DNA from: Candidatus Sulfidibacterium sp.
GTDB lineage: Bacteria > Bacteroidota > Bacteroidia > Bacteroidales > F082
Assembly (NCBI GenBank): GCA_046706345.1
Contig: JBJKPL010000280.1
Span: 1-37,506 of the forward strand
Reading direction: 5' to 3'
DNA: 37,506 bases
Every line of letters starts with the position of its first letter. Position 1 is the first letter of the stretch. Both the position numbers and the translations under genes were made by a program. The notes below the pieces were generated by a model. That model made no database searches. It saw only the letters and a program-made list of their open reading frames with translations, and was not told where the DNA came from. Below, in pieces: positions 1 through 9,714 of the stretch.

Positions 1-1112
1 ATTTTGAGTGATAACTCCAGCCGGATGTTAAATTTCTTGATGCTGATACCCAGGAATACCAGGGTCATGGCGAAAAGGATCAGCGTTTCTTTCCAGAAAT
101 ACGCAATCCCTGTTCCCTTCAGCATGATGTTCTTGACAATGATGATAAACCATTTGCCCGGCATTAAATTGCTGATCATCCGTAGCATGAACGGCATGTT
201 GGCGATGGGGAAGATAAATCCCGAAAGGAGAATGGTCGGCAACATGAGCGCCACCATCGACAGCATCATGGCTACCTGTTGTGTTTTGCTGACCGTAGAG
301 ATCAAAATTCCCAGCGACAGTGCCATGATCAGGAAGAGCAGGCTTTCACCCAGCAGCAGGGCCAGGCTTCCCCGGATGGGCATGGCAAAAACAAATCGCG
401 ACAAGACCAGAACGGAGATCAGGCTGATGAAGGAAAGCACCACATAAGGCACGACTTTTCCGATGATGATATAAACCGGTTTGATGGGGGAGACCAGCAG
501 TGCCTCCATGGTGCCCAGTTCCTTTTCGCGGGTGATGGAAATGGAGGTCATCATGGCCGAGACCAGCATCAGGATCACCGTTATAATCCCCGGAATGAAC
601 ATATAAACGCTTTTCAGCTCCGGATTGTAGAGCATCTTGTTGATGATGTTGATGGTCATCGGCTGATTTTTGACCGGAAGCAGCTTTTCCTTGACATAGC
701 TGTTGATGATCGCCTGGGTGTACGAATTCAGGATGTTGGCCATGTTGGGATCGGTGGCATCCTGGATGAGCTGGATGTGCGCCACGCCTTCCGACTTGAG
801 TTTTTTGGCAAAATCCGGTTCAAACACCACCACTTCCTTGATCTCACCTTTGCGGAAGGCCGGTTTGATCTGGGTATCGGAAGAAAGGTACCGGTCCAGA
901 ATAAAATAATTCGAAGACAGGATCTTGCGGGTGATGGCGCGGGTGACCACATCATGCGAGTTGTCCAGCACGGCGATGTGGGCATTGTTGATGTCGTTGG
1001 TGATGGCAAAACCAAACAGCAGCACCTGTGCCAGCGGCATCCCGAAAAGGATCGCCATGGTCCGGTAATCGCGGAAGATGTGTAGAAATTCTTTTTTAAC
1101 AAATGTCCACAT
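1..1112 (-). CDS. ABC-2 type transporter permease (YbhS/YbhR-like); 3' end runs off the window edge
   Basis: Absent from the ORF track because there is no stop in the window. Hand translation from ATG at 1112: MWTFVKKEFLHIFRDYRTMAILFGMPLAQVLLFGFAI...SITREKELGTMEALLVSP...LLSGFIFPIANMP...KKFNIRLELSLK. REKExGTxExL is the ABC-2 permease signature. Confidence 0.93.
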   Translation of the reverse strand, partial: MWTFVKKEFLHIFRDYRTMAILFGMPLAQVLLFGFAITNDINNAHIAVLDNSHDVVTRAITRKILSSNYFILDRYLSSDTQIKPAFRKGEIKEVVVFEPDFAKKLKSEGVAHIQLIQDATDPNMANILNSYTQAIINSYVKEKLLPVKNQPMTINIINKMLYNPELKSVYMFIPGIITVILMLVSAMMTSISITREKELGTMEALLVSPIKPVYIIIGKVVPYVVLSFISLISVLVLSRFVFAMPIRGSLALLLGESLLFLIMALSLGILISTVSKTQQVAMMLSMVALMLPTILLSGFIFPIANMPFMLRMISNLMPGKWFIIIVKNIMLKGTGIAYFWKETLILFAMTLVFLGISIKKFNIRLELSLK

Positions 1113-1152
1113 GGCGCCTGTTGATTATGATGAGTATTTCTTTTGTCATGGC

Positions 1153-1893
1153 CTAACCCTCCACATTTCTTGCGATTTTCAGGAAAACCTGGTTCATATT
1201 TTGAACGTTGTACTTGTTTTTCATGCTTGCCGGCGTGTCCATGGCTTTAATCTGGCCTTCGGACATAATACAGATGCGGTGGCAGTATTCTGCCTCGTCC
1301 ATATAATGGGTGGTGACAAAAACCGTGGTGCCCTGGTGAGAGGCTTCATAGATCAGTTCCCAGAACTGCCGCCGGGTGATGGGATCCACCCCGCCGGTCG
1401 GCTCATCCAGAAAAACAATGTCCGGCCGGTGCAGGTTGGCCACCGAAAACGAAAGCTTTTGTTTCCATCCCAGCGGAATGTTCTTCAGTAACATATCCTT
1501 GTAGCCTTCCATGTTGAGTTTCTTCAGGTAATAGTCCGTTCGCTCCCGAATGTCTTTGGCACTCAACCCGTAGACGCCACCGTAAAACCGGAAGTTTTCC
1601 TTGACCGTCATGTCGTTGTACATCGAAAAAGCCTGACTCATGTAACCAATGCTTTTTTTCACCCTTTCGGGATGATGGGAAACGTCGATACCGGCAACGG
1701 TCACCTTTCCGGAGGTGGGATGCGACAATCCCGTCAGGATCTTGATGGCGGTGGTTTTCCCGGCGCCATTGGCGCCCAGAAACCCAAAGATCTCGCCTTT
1801 GTTGACATGGAATGTCAGATGGTCGTTGGCGGTAAAATCTCCGAACTTTTTCACCAGGTTCTCAACGTCGATAATTCGTTCCGTTTGTGTCAT
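1153..1893 (-). CDS. ABC transporter ATP-binding protein (second ATPase of a YbhF-like pair)
   Basis: Walker A GANGAGKTT, Walker B VFLDEPTGGVD, H-loop TTHY. Start set at ATG 1893 (MTQTERIIDVENL), which overlaps the upstream TGA (ATGA). The extra 163 N-terminal residues in the ORF track lie out of frame over the upstream gene. Confidence 0.93.
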   Translation of the reverse strand: MTQTERIIDVENLVKKFGDFTANDHLTFHVNKGEIFGFLGANGAGKTTAIKILTGLSHPTSGKVTVAGIDVSHHPERVKKSIGYMSQAFSMYNDMTVKENFRFYGGVYGLSAKDIRERTDYYLKKLNMEGYKDMLLKNIPLGWKQKLSFSVANLHRPDIVFLDEPTGGVDPITRRQFWELIYEASHQGTTVFVTTHYMDEAEYCHRICIMSEGQIKAMDTPASMKNKYNVQNMNQVFLKIARNVEG

Positions 1894-2816
1894 GCTTCTT
1901 CGGGTTTGTCCATTAATGCCAGAAAGCAGTCCTCGATGACGGGTTTCTGAATTTCCACATTCAGGTTCTGATATCCTTGTTCCGTAAGGGAATTGAGGAT
2001 GTTTTCTTTCATTCCGGCAGCATCTTTCTGCGTGAACAGATGGATGGAATCGCCGAACCGGTATACCTGTTCCGCCCCTTCTACAGCGCCCAGCGCGTTC
2101 AGCATCTCGTACATCCGGTCGGATCTCACCGACAGGATGTTCCATTGGAAATGGTCCACGATATTTTCCGGACTGTCGATGGTCAGGACATTTCCCGATT
2201 GCATCAGCGCCACCCGGTCGCAAAGGGCAGCTTCGTCCATGTACGGTGTGGAAACCAGGATGGTAATGCCTTTCTGCTGCATCTTCTTCAGCAGGTCCCA
2301 GAATTCCTTCCGGGAAACCGCGTCCACACCGGTGGTAGGCTCGTCCAGGATGAGCAGCTGCGGCCGGTGGATGAGCGCGCAAGACAGGGCCAGTTTCTGT
2401 TTCATCCCACCCGACAAGGCACCGGCACGGCGTTTTTTAAACGGCTCGATCTGTTTGTATACATCTTCGATGAGATCGTAGTTTTCCTCCAGCGAGGTGT
2501 GGAAAAGTTTGGCATTAAACCGCAGGTTTTCCTCCACCGTCAGGTCGCAATACAGCGAAAACCGTCCCGGCATGTAGCCGGTGATCTGCCGGATCTTTTT
2601 GTAATCCTTCAACACGTCAAAGCCCCCAATTCGCGCGGTCCCCGATTCCGGCAGGATCAGGCTGGTAAGGATACGGAAGAGCGTGGTTTTTCCAGCCCCG
2701 TCCGGCCCGATGAAGCCGAACAGTTCGTTGGGCCTTACTTCCAGGCTGATATCCTTCAGCGCTTTGACGTCGCGATAGTGCTTCTGAATGTGCTCTATTT
2801 GGATTCCAATTGACAT
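1890..2816 (-). CDS. ABC transporter ATP-binding protein
   Basis: Walker A GPDGAGKTT, signature LSGGMKQK, Walker B LILDEPTTGVD. Confidence 0.95.
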   Translation of the reverse strand: MSIGIQIEHIQKHYRDVKALKDISLEVRPNELFGFIGPDGAGKTTLFRILTSLILPESGTARIGGFDVLKDYKKIRQITGYMPGRFSLYCDLTVEENLRFNAKLFHTSLEENYDLIEDVYKQIEPFKKRRAGALSGGMKQKLALSCALIHRPQLLILDEPTTGVDAVSRKEFWDLLKKMQQKGITILVSTPYMDEAALCDRVALMQSGNVLTIDSPENIVDHFQWNILSVRSDRMYEMLNALGAVEGAEQVYRFGDSIHLFTQKDAAGMKENILNSLTEQGYQNLNVEIQKPVIEDCFLALMDKPEEA

Positions 2817-2884
2817 AATATTCCCTTACTTCCTCCATTTTTTCCGGGAGGAAGAAAAAATCAGTTACAAAATTTCAAAAATTC

Positions 2885-2905
2885 TTGTCAGCCGGAGGCT
2901 GATAA
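2885..2905. repeat. Short intergenic palindrome/hairpin just downstream of the DUF2147 stop
   Basis: ttgtcagcc-gga-ggctgataa: perfect TCAGCC/GGCTGA stem with a 3-nt loop and no adjacent U-tract. Confidence 0.4.
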
Positions 2906-2910
2906 ACCGC

Positions 2911-3381
2911 CTACTGCGTCACACGGTACCAGTAAACCGTACGCCCCAGCAAGCTAAATCCAATGTACCCCCGGATCTTGAGTTTGTTTTTGTTGCCCGG
3001 ATCGGGGAATTCCATGTAGCATTTGTAGGTAGCGCCTTTTTTCGGATCATAAATATGGCCGTCTTCCCATTCCTGATCGTCCGGAAAATACTTAAAATTC
3101 GTCAGAAGCTCCAATCCCATGATGGGTCTGCTTTGCAGTTTGGCGTCTGGGTTTTTGTCGTCCACTTTCGGTTTGCCCGTGACGCTGTCGATGGGTTCGG
3201 ACAGCCAGATGATCTTACCAAAATATTGGTCCCCTTGCTTGAAAATCTCCACGTGTGAGTCTTTATCCTGGGTCAACCAGACGCCTACAATATCATCGGC
3301 CTTCACCGTTTGTGCCTGAATGAGCGCAAAAGGACTGAGTATCAATCCAAAAAGTACAATTGCAAAACTTGAAATTTTCAT
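2911..3381 (-). CDS. DUF2147 family secreted protein
   Basis: Signal peptide, then IVGVWLT...GKIIWL...DDKNPD...RPIMGL...WEDGHIYDPKKGATY...LKIRGYIGFSLLGRTVYW, typical of DUF2147. Confidence 0.88.
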   Translation of the reverse strand: MKISSFAIVLFGLILSPFALIQAQTVKADDIVGVWLTQDKDSHVEIFKQGDQYFGKIIWLSEPIDSVTGKPKVDDKNPDAKLQSRPIMGLELLTNFKYFPDDQEWEDGHIYDPKKGATYKCYMEFPDPGNKNKLKIRGYIGFSLLGRTVYWYRVTQ

Positions 3382-3489
3382 CTTTCTTGAGTTTTAAGTG
3401 AATAATTTTTTGAAAACGCCGGCTTTACCGGACAAAGATTAACTCTATAAAAATAGCTAAATTTTAATACAAAACTCATTTAACGCTCT

Positions 3490-4392
3490 TTATTTGTTGC
3501 GGTTAATGAAACGGAATTCTCCCGGCATGCCGATCTTGATGGCCCCGTTTTCGTTGGGAACTTTGATCTTGACAGCATACACCAGATTCACCCTTTCCTG
3601 TTTGGTTTGAATCGTTTTGGGGGTAAATTCGGCTTCCGAAGATACCCAGATCACCGTGCCTTTCACTTTGAAATTCTCCGTCTGGCTTTTATCATAAGAC
3701 ACCTCCACCTCTTGTCCGATCTTGATTTTGCTCAGTTCGCTTCCGCTGATGTAGGCGTTCAGCTCCAGTGTTTTCAGATTGGCAATTTTATATAAAGCTT
3801 CCCCCGGAGTAGCCAGTTCGCCCTGTTCGGCATATTTTACAAGCACGGTGCCGCTGACGGGATTTTTGATCAGACAATTGCTGATGCTCTCGTTCACTTC
3901 GGCGATCTGAGCACGGATGCTGCGGATCTGTGAATGAATATTTTCTTTTTGCGTTTCCGTGACGGCAATTTGCTTTTTGTTGACGTCCACCAGGCCGTTG
4001 ATGTTATCCAGCTGCCGTTGGGTGGCCGCATGGTTGGCAAAAAGCCGCTGAACCCGTACTTGCTCGATTTGGTTTACCTTCAGCTGTTGCTCCTGCAACG
4101 CGATGGTGGCGGTGATGTTTTTCAGCTGGGTGGCCACGGCCTGGATCTGCTGAAACAGGACCTGTTTTTTCAGGTTCAGGGCCGTTGTGTCCACCAGGGC
4201 AACCTGTTGTCCGGCCTGCAACCGGTTGCCTTCTTCTACGTTGAAGGTTTCAAGCGTCCCCATATTCTGGGCGGAAACAATGACTTCGGCATGGGCATCA
4301 AAGTTCCCGTATCCGTCCGCAAGGCCGTTTTGCTTTCCGCAGGAAGCCAGCAGGAAAGGTGCCAGGGTAAAAAGTAGGATGTATTTTTTCAT
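3490..4392 (-). CDS. HlyD/YbhG-family efflux periplasmic adaptor lipoprotein
   Basis: Lipobox LASC, coiled-coil hairpin, C-terminal AEFTPKTIQTKQERVNLVYAVKI and GMPG motifs. Confidence 0.92.
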   Translation of the reverse strand: MKKYILLFTLAPFLLASCGKQNGLADGYGNFDAHAEVIVSAQNMGTLETFNVEEGNRLQAGQQVALVDTTALNLKKQVLFQQIQAVATQLKNITATIALQEQQLKVNQIEQVRVQRLFANHAATQRQLDNINGLVDVNKKQIAVTETQKENIHSQIRSIRAQIAEVNESISNCLIKNPVSGTVLVKYAEQGELATPGEALYKIANLKTLELNAYISGSELSKIKIGQEVEVSYDKSQTENFKVKGTVIWVSSEAEFTPKTIQTKQERVNLVYAVKIKVPNENGAIKIGMPGEFRFINRNK

Positions 4393-4410
4393 GGGATGAT
4401 TGTTTCAAGG

Positions 4411-5685
4411 TTATAAATTTCCAATGGCTGTCAGATATTGGTATTTGGTGAAAAGCAACTGCAGGTGATGGGCGTCCATCGTCAGCAGGGCTTTGATCTT
4501 TTTGTTCAACTGGATCAGATAGTCGGCGGGCGTGAGGGTGCCGTTGCGGAGCTTGCTCTGCGCCGTGGTTACCACCTGATTCTGAAGGTCAACGATCTGC
4601 TGGTCGGTGGTCACCAGCTTCTGATATTTTTCGATGGCAGCAAGTTGTTTTTTATAGGTGACACGCAGGTTCTGATCGAAGGTTTCTTTTTCTGCCTGCA
4701 GGATGTTTTTTTGGATCGAAAGTACCTGTTTTTCCTTTTTTACATGATTCCAGTCGAAGATGTTCCAGTGCAGTTGAAGGCCGAACATGTAATAGGTTTT
4801 GAAATCGTTGTTCAGCATATTGTAACCGGGCCTGCCGTATCCGGCCTGGCCGAAGGCAGCCAGGGTGGGCATGCGTTTGGCGGTGTACATTTTTTTCAGG
4901 TCGTTGAGGTTGTTTTGCTGTAAGGTCAGTAGCCTGAACTCCGGACGGTTGTTTTCAAACGGAAACTGCGTTCCTTTGAAATCAGGGGTCTGCAACTGTT
5001 TGGCCGACTGGATCTTCATACCCGTCAGCTCATTCATTTCGTCCAGCAGGCCCCGGGTGTCTTCCTGATTCTCAAGGATGGCTTGTTGCGCCTGCATCCG
5101 GCTGACTTTGAGAACATCCACATCCGAAGCCAGCACGGCACCGTTTGCTTCACCCGACTCCGCTTCACCGATCCGTGCCTTCAAGTCGTCGATCAAAACA
5201 TCCAGGGCTTTCAGGTTTTCCTGCTGGAACAGGATGTTGAAATACAATAGGGCCACCCGTTGCTTTTGCTGATACGTTGAGATCTTCACCTGCTGATCGG
5301 CGATCTGATAGCTGCTGTTTTCCAGGTTTTTCTGACTGGAGGTCATGCCGCCGTCCCAGATCAGCTGTTGCAAGTCGAGATTCAGTTTATACATGTTTTT
5401 ACTGGGGGTCGGAATGCTGATTCCCGGAAAGGATATGGGAATGCTGGTCACTTCGGATTGATGCGAAACCTGCCCGTTGAGGTTCAGCGAAGGAAGGTAG
5501 TTTTTATTGAGGATCTCATCCTTTAGCTGGTGGGTCTGCTGATTGTACTGCAGCTGTTTTTCGTTGGGAAAATGCGCCACGGCTTTTTGCAGACATTCCT
5601 GCAGGCTTACCGGCTGCAGGCTCTGGGCCCTGAGTGGAATAACGGCTCCCACCAAAAATCCCAATAGAAATAGCTGTTTTTTCAT
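4411..5685 (-). CDS. TolC family outer membrane efflux protein
   Basis: Signal peptide, LSLQECL-type N-terminus, YLPSLNLNG, QLIWDGG, WNIFDW motifs; operon context with HlyD and ABC genes. Confidence 0.9.
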   Translation of the reverse strand: MKKQLFLLGFLVGAVIPLRAQSLQPVSLQECLQKAVAHFPNEKQLQYNQQTHQLKDEILNKNYLPSLNLNGQVSHQSEVTSIPISFPGISIPTPSKNMYKLNLDLQQLIWDGGMTSSQKNLENSSYQIADQQVKISTYQQKQRVALLYFNILFQQENLKALDVLIDDLKARIGEAESGEANGAVLASDVDVLKVSRMQAQQAILENQEDTRGLLDEMNELTGMKIQSAKQLQTPDFKGTQFPFENNRPEFRLLTLQQNNLNDLKKMYTAKRMPTLAAFGQAGYGRPGYNMLNNDFKTYYMFGLQLHWNIFDWNHVKKEKQVLSIQKNILQAEKETFDQNLRVTYKKQLAAIEKYQKLVTTDQQIVDLQNQVVTTAQSKLRNGTLTPADYLIQLNKKIKALLTMDAHHLQLLFTKYQYLTAIGNL

Positions 5686-5694
5686 GGATCGAAA

Positions 5695-6333
5695 TTATTT
5701 GGTCTGTTTACAAGGGGTTAAGGCGTGTTTTATGAGACCGATGATGTGGTCTTTGCGGCTTTTCATGAATTGCTCATGGGCTGGCTCCTCGCCATGGAAC
5801 AGGAAATTCAGAATCACAGGCCGCCCTACTACCGGAAATACGCACAACCCGATCATGTCCACGATCAGATCCTCCGCACTGATGGGCCTGATTTCGCCCG
5901 CATCCACACTTTTCCGGATCATCTTTTCCAATCGGGGCACATTTTGTATCAGTCGTTCCGATTCGAAGATCTGAACGATGTTTTCGTGATTGCGATGCAT
6001 CTCGTTCAGGATGAAATTGGGCAAATACACGTTCTGCTCCAGCAGGGCACTGTAAGTGGTCACAAATTTCTCGATGAAATCGAAAATATTGTCATTGTTT
6101 TGAAGATGGAGGTTGATCTGGTCAAAGAGCTGACTGATCAGATTTCGGAAGATGGTAATGAATAATTTGTCTTTGGTACGGAAATAATAATGCAACAACG
6201 CCTTGTTGATGCCGGCCCGGTCGGCAATCTCCTGCATGCGGGCCCCGTCCATTCCTTTTTCCAGAAAAACGTTTTTCGCGGCTTCCAGGATCTGTTCTTC
6301 CGTGGTTTTATTATTTCCTGTTTCGCTTTCCAT
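5695..6333 (-). CDS. TetR/AcrR family transcriptional regulator
   Basis: N-terminal HTH ILEAAKNVFLEKGMDGARMQEIADRAGINKALLHYYFRTKDKLF; first gene of the efflux operon. Confidence 0.95.
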   Translation of the reverse strand: MESETGNNKTTEEQILEAAKNVFLEKGMDGARMQEIADRAGINKALLHYYFRTKDKLFITIFRNLISQLFDQINLHLQNNDNIFDFIEKFVTTYSALLEQNVYLPNFILNEMHRNHENIVQIFESERLIQNVPRLEKMIRKSVDAGEIRPISAEDLIVDMIGLCVFPVVGRPVILNFLFHGEEPAHEQFMKSRKDHIIGLIKHALTPCKQTK

Positions 6334-6368
6334 TTGGTTTAACTTTTTGATTTAACCATTTGGTTTAA
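6330..6368 (-). promoter_or_regulatory. Putative TetR operator (repeated, palindromic site)
   Basis: CCATTTGGTTTAA occurs at 6330-6342 (overlapping the tetR ATG) and at 6356-6368. The second copy lies within the palindrome AACCA-tt-TGGTT (6354-6365). Confidence 0.6.
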
Positions 6369-6377
6369 TCGATTGGA

Positions 6378-6407
6378 CAAAAATACACATCTTTTGGAAA
6401 TTGCAAA
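6378..6407 (-). promoter_or_regulatory. Bacteroidota sigma-A promoter of the tetR-efflux operon
   Basis: Minus-strand TTTG (6407-6404), 18-nt spacer, TATTTTTG (6385-6378); matches the -33/-7 consensus TTTG...TAnnTTTG. Confidence 0.65.
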
Positions 6408-6618
6408 ATTTTTTTTCAGGTTTCGGAGGAACTTATTATGGAATCATATCATAAACATAAGAAATACAAAGTGTTAAACAGAAGCTAAATTTTTTTGGGA
6501 GCCTGTGCTTTTTTCGAAAGAAAAGAGCGGTTTCTTCCTTTTATCCGGATCCATTCCTGGTTTTGATTGGGATTATGTTATGAAATCTTAACAGCGCAAG
6601 AAATAAACATTTTTATTT

Positions 6619-6626
6619 TATTTTTG
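6619..6626 (+). promoter_or_regulatory. -7 promoter box for DUF3098-uppP-truB
   Basis: TATTTTTG, 16 nt before ATG 6643. Confidence 0.55.
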
Positions 6627-6642
6627 ACAAAAATTCAGGACC

Positions 6643-6912
6643 ATGGCAACACAAAATAAACCAGAGACTAAGAAACAAAAGGAACAACTTACCTGGGCGT
6701 TTACGAAAGAAAACTACAAGTACATGTTTATCGGACTGGGTTTACTGGCCCTGGGTTTTATCCTGATGATCGGTGGCGGATCGGATACCATCACTAAATT
6801 CGAGCCGGCCATTTTTGATTTTCAGAGGATCACCCTGGCTCCGATCCTGATTCTGGCCGGATATGGTGTAGAGATTTATGCCATTATGAAACTTCCCAAA
6901 GAAAACAAATAA
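6643..6912 (+). CDS. DUF3098 family small membrane protein
   Basis: FTKENYKYMFIG...GFILMIGGGS...IFDFQRITLAPILILAGYGVEIYAI; this family normally lies upstream of uppP in Bacteroidota. Confidence 0.85.
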   Translation: MATQNKPETKKQKEQLTWAFTKENYKYMFIGLGLLALGFILMIGGGSDTITKFEPAIFDFQRITLAPILILAGYGVEIYAIMKLPKENK

Positions 6913-6922
6913 TAGATAGTTT

Positions 6923-7702
6923 ATGAGCTGGCTCCACGCGTTTATTCTTTCCATTGTTGAAGGAATTACAGAGTTTTTACCCATTTCGTCCACCGGACAC
7001 ATGATCCTGACCGAAGGCATTCTGGGCATGCGGAATTCCGATTTCGGACAGGCATTCATCATCAGCATCCAGCTGGGAGCTATCCTTTCGGTGGTGGTGT
7101 TGTACTGGAAGCGATTTTTTCAAACCCTCACCTTCTATTACAAGTTATTTGTAGCCTTTTTGCCGGCCGCCTTTTTCGGACTGTTGCTCGGTCATTACAT
7201 CGACGATCTGCTGCAAAGCGTTTATGTTGTCGCTGTGATGCTGATCATCGGAGGGGTCGTCCTGTTGTTTGTGGACGAATGGTTCAACAAACCCAGCCCG
7301 GATCAGGAAGTAACGTTTAAGAAAGCTTTTATCGTTGGATTTTACCAGGTGCTGGCCATGATCCCCGGGGTATCGCGATCAGCCGCTACCATTGTGGGAG
7401 GCATGCAACAGAAACTGACCAAGAAAACAGCCGCCGAATTTTCGTTTTTCCTGGCAGTTCCCACCATGTTTGCCGCCACCGGCTACAAACTGCTTGAAGA
7501 ATACAAAGCCATCAACATACATAATATCGACATTCTGATCTTTGGCAATGTGATCTCGTTCATCGTTGCCATGATCGCCATCAAATCGTTCATCAGTTAT
7601 TTGACCAAACACGGATTTAAGATCTTCGGTTACTACCGGATCATTGTGGGGGTGGTCATCCTTTTGCTGTATGCTTTTGGCGTGAACTTAACCATTCACT
7701 GA
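6923..7702 (+). CDS. uppP: Undecaprenyl-diphosphate phosphatase (BacA)
   Basis: VEGITEFLPISSTGH and PGVSRSAATI motifs, AAEFSFFLAVP, multiple TM segments. Confidence 0.97.
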   Translation: MSWLHAFILSIVEGITEFLPISSTGHMILTEGILGMRNSDFGQAFIISIQLGAILSVVVLYWKRFFQTLTFYYKLFVAFLPAAFFGLLLGHYIDDLLQSVYVVAVMLIIGGVVLLFVDEWFNKPSPDQEVTFKKAFIVGFYQVLAMIPGVSRSAATIVGGMQQKLTKKTAAEFSFFLAVPTMFAATGYKLLEEYKAINIHNIDILIFGNVISFIVAMIAIKSFISYLTKHGFKIFGYYRIIVGVVILLLYAFGVNLTIH

Positions 7703-8418
7703 TGCTGTTTAATTTTCCGGAAGGAGAAGTTTTATTACTGGACAAACCTGTGGACTGGACATCCTTCGATGTCGTAAACCTGCTGCGCTCCTTTATCCGC
7801 AAAGTCTATCATTTGAAGAAACTGAAAGTCGGCCATGCGGGCACCCTGGACCCGATGGCCTCCGGACTGTTGATCATTTGCACTGGTAAAATGACCAAGC
7901 AGATTGAAGCCTATCAGGGGATGGATAAGGTGTATATCGGTCGGATGCAGCTGGGAGCCACCACGCCTTCTTTCGATGCGGAAACCGAGATCGATAACGA
8001 ATTTAGTGTGGATGGGATCCGCATGGAAATGCTGCAGGCGGCCAGTGAAAAATTCCGTGGCGAGATCCACCAGGTTCCGCCCATTTATTCCGCCATCAAG
8101 GTCAAAGGACAAAGAGCGTACATGTATGCCCGAAATAATGACGAATTGAAGCTAAAATCCCGAAAGGTGACGGTTCATGAATTTGAAATTTTAAACTTCG
8201 AACCCCCGTTTGTGGACTTCTCTGTCCGTTGCAGCAAGGGAACTTACATCCGTGCGCTGGTGCGCGATTTTGGCGAAAGTCTGCAAAACGGCGCTTTTCT
8301 TACGGCTTTAAAGCGCACGCAAATAGGAGATTATAAACTAACCGATGCCTGGACCATCGAAACCTTCAAACAGGAGGTGTTGCGTCAGGCGGGTTCCGAA
8401 GAGGCCGGTCCGGAGTAA
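7702..8418 (+). CDS. truB: tRNA pseudouridine(55) synthase
   Basis: LDKPVDWTSFDVV, KVGHAGTLDPMASG, QVPPIYSAIK, CSKGTYIRAL; TGATG coupling to uppP. Confidence 0.97.
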   Translation: MLFNFPEGEVLLLDKPVDWTSFDVVNLLRSFIRKVYHLKKLKVGHAGTLDPMASGLLIICTGKMTKQIEAYQGMDKVYIGRMQLGATTPSFDAETEIDNEFSVDGIRMEMLQAASEKFRGEIHQVPPIYSAIKVKGQRAYMYARNNDELKLKSRKVTVHEFEILNFEPPFVDFSVRCSKGTYIRALVRDFGESLQNGAFLTALKRTQIGDYKLTDAWTIETFKQEVLRQAGSEEAGPE

Positions 8419-8453
8419 TTTGCTGGCTTTCATTTTTCTGAAGTTTTTCGAGC

Positions 8454-8484
8454 TTGACAACGCCCTTAAAATTAACTACCTTTG
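8454..8484 (+). promoter_or_regulatory. Sigma-A promoter of queA
   Basis: TTG (8454-8456), 20-nt spacer, TACCTTTG (8477-8484). Confidence 0.65.
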
Positions 8485-8549
8485 CAAACTTTTTGTTCCT
8501 AAATTTTTGACAAGGATAAATTTATTAAAGTTCTGAAAAATAAGTAGTA

Positions 8550-9599
8550 ATGAAATTATCTCAATTCAATTTTAACCTACCGAAAGAATTAATCGCAAAG
8601 TATCCGCCGAAAGATCGTGATGCCGGAAGGATGATGGTGGTCGATCGTCAAAAGCACACGATCGAGCATCTGCAGTTTAAAGACATACTGAATTTCTTTT
8701 CCGATGGGGACGTATTTGTAATTAACAACACCAAGGTCTTTCCTGCCCGCTTGTACGGAGAAAAGGAAAAAACCGGTGCCAAGATCGAAGTATTCCTGTT
8801 GCGTGAGCTGGATAAAAGCAGTCGTCTGTGGGATGTGTTGGTTGATCCGGCCCGGAAGATCCGGATTGGCAACAAGTTGTATTTCGGGGACGATGAGACC
8901 CTCGTTGCCGAAGTGATCGACAACACCACTTCGCGGGGTCGTACGCTTCGGTTTTTATTCGACGGGCCTTATGAAGAATTTAAAAAGACCTTGCAGAATC
9001 TGGGCGAGACCCCGCTGCCGAAAATTCACAACCGGCCGGTGGAACCGGAAGACGAAGTGCGCTTTCAGACCATTTATGCCAAGCATGAAGGCGCGGTGGC
9101 TGCTCCTACCGCCGGGTTGCATTTTTCGCGTGAGATGATGAAAAGATTGGAGATCTCCGGCGTTACTTTTGCCGAGATCACCCTGCACACCGGATTGGGA
9201 AATTTCAGGTCGATCGAGGTGGAAGATCTTACCAAGCATAAAATGGATTCCGAAGAGATGTTTATTACCCAGGACAGTGTGGATGTCATCAACAGCGCCT
9301 GGGAAAACAAGCATAAAGTTGTGTCGGTGGGAACCACGAGTCTGAAAGCACTGGAAACCGCGGTTTCCATTACCGGAAGGATCAAACCTTTCAAAGGCTG
9401 GACGAACAAATTTATCTTCCCGCCCTATGAGTTCCGCACCGCCAATGCGCTGGTGACCAACTTTCATCTGCCTTATTCGCCGATGTACATGATGGTTTCG
9501 GCTTTCATGGGATTTGAATTTGCCAAAGAAGTCTACCAGACGGCCGTAAAGGAAAAATACAATTTCTTCACTTACGGAGATGCGATGCTGATCCTGTAA
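8550..9599 (+). CDS. queA: S-adenosylmethionine:tRNA ribosyltransferase-isomerase
   Basis: [47 protein letters not shown] motifs. Confidence 0.97.
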   Translation: MKLSQFNFNLPKELIAKYPPKDRDAGRMMVVDRQKHTIEHLQFKDILNFFSDGDVFVINNTKVFPARLYGEKEKTGAKIEVFLLRELDKSSRLWDVLVDPARKIRIGNKLYFGDDETLVAEVIDNTTSRGRTLRFLFDGPYEEFKKTLQNLGETPLPKIHNRPVEPEDEVRFQTIYAKHEGAVAAPTAGLHFSREMMKRLEISGVTFAEITLHTGLGNFRSIEVEDLTKHKMDSEEMFITQDSVDVINSAWENKHKVVSVGTTSLKALETAVSITGRIKPFKGWTNKFIFPPYEFRTANALVTNFHLPYSPMYMMVSAFMGFEFAKEVYQTAVKEKYNFFTYGDAMLIL

Positions 9600-9623
9600 A
9601 CAGATATTAAGTCGTAGCGATAG

Positions 9624-9654
9624 AAGCCCTGCATCCAACGTGCAGGGCTTTTTT
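9624..9654 (+). terminator. Rho-independent terminator after queA
   Basis: AAGCCCTGCA-tccaacg-TGCAGGGCTT followed by TTTT. Confidence 0.85.
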
Positions 9655-9714
9655 ATGGCAAAAAACCGGATCTAAAAAAGAAGAAATCGTAATATTGTAA
9701 AAAATCATTTTCGC

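Noticed and set aside
1894-2382. 163-codon N-terminal extension of the second ABC ATPase, a possible frameshift fusion to a YbhF-like double ATPase
   Set aside because: The extension is compositionally non-protein-like and overlaps a real gene out of frame. The clean ATGA coupling at 1890-1893 explains the architecture, and I saw no convincing slippery site.
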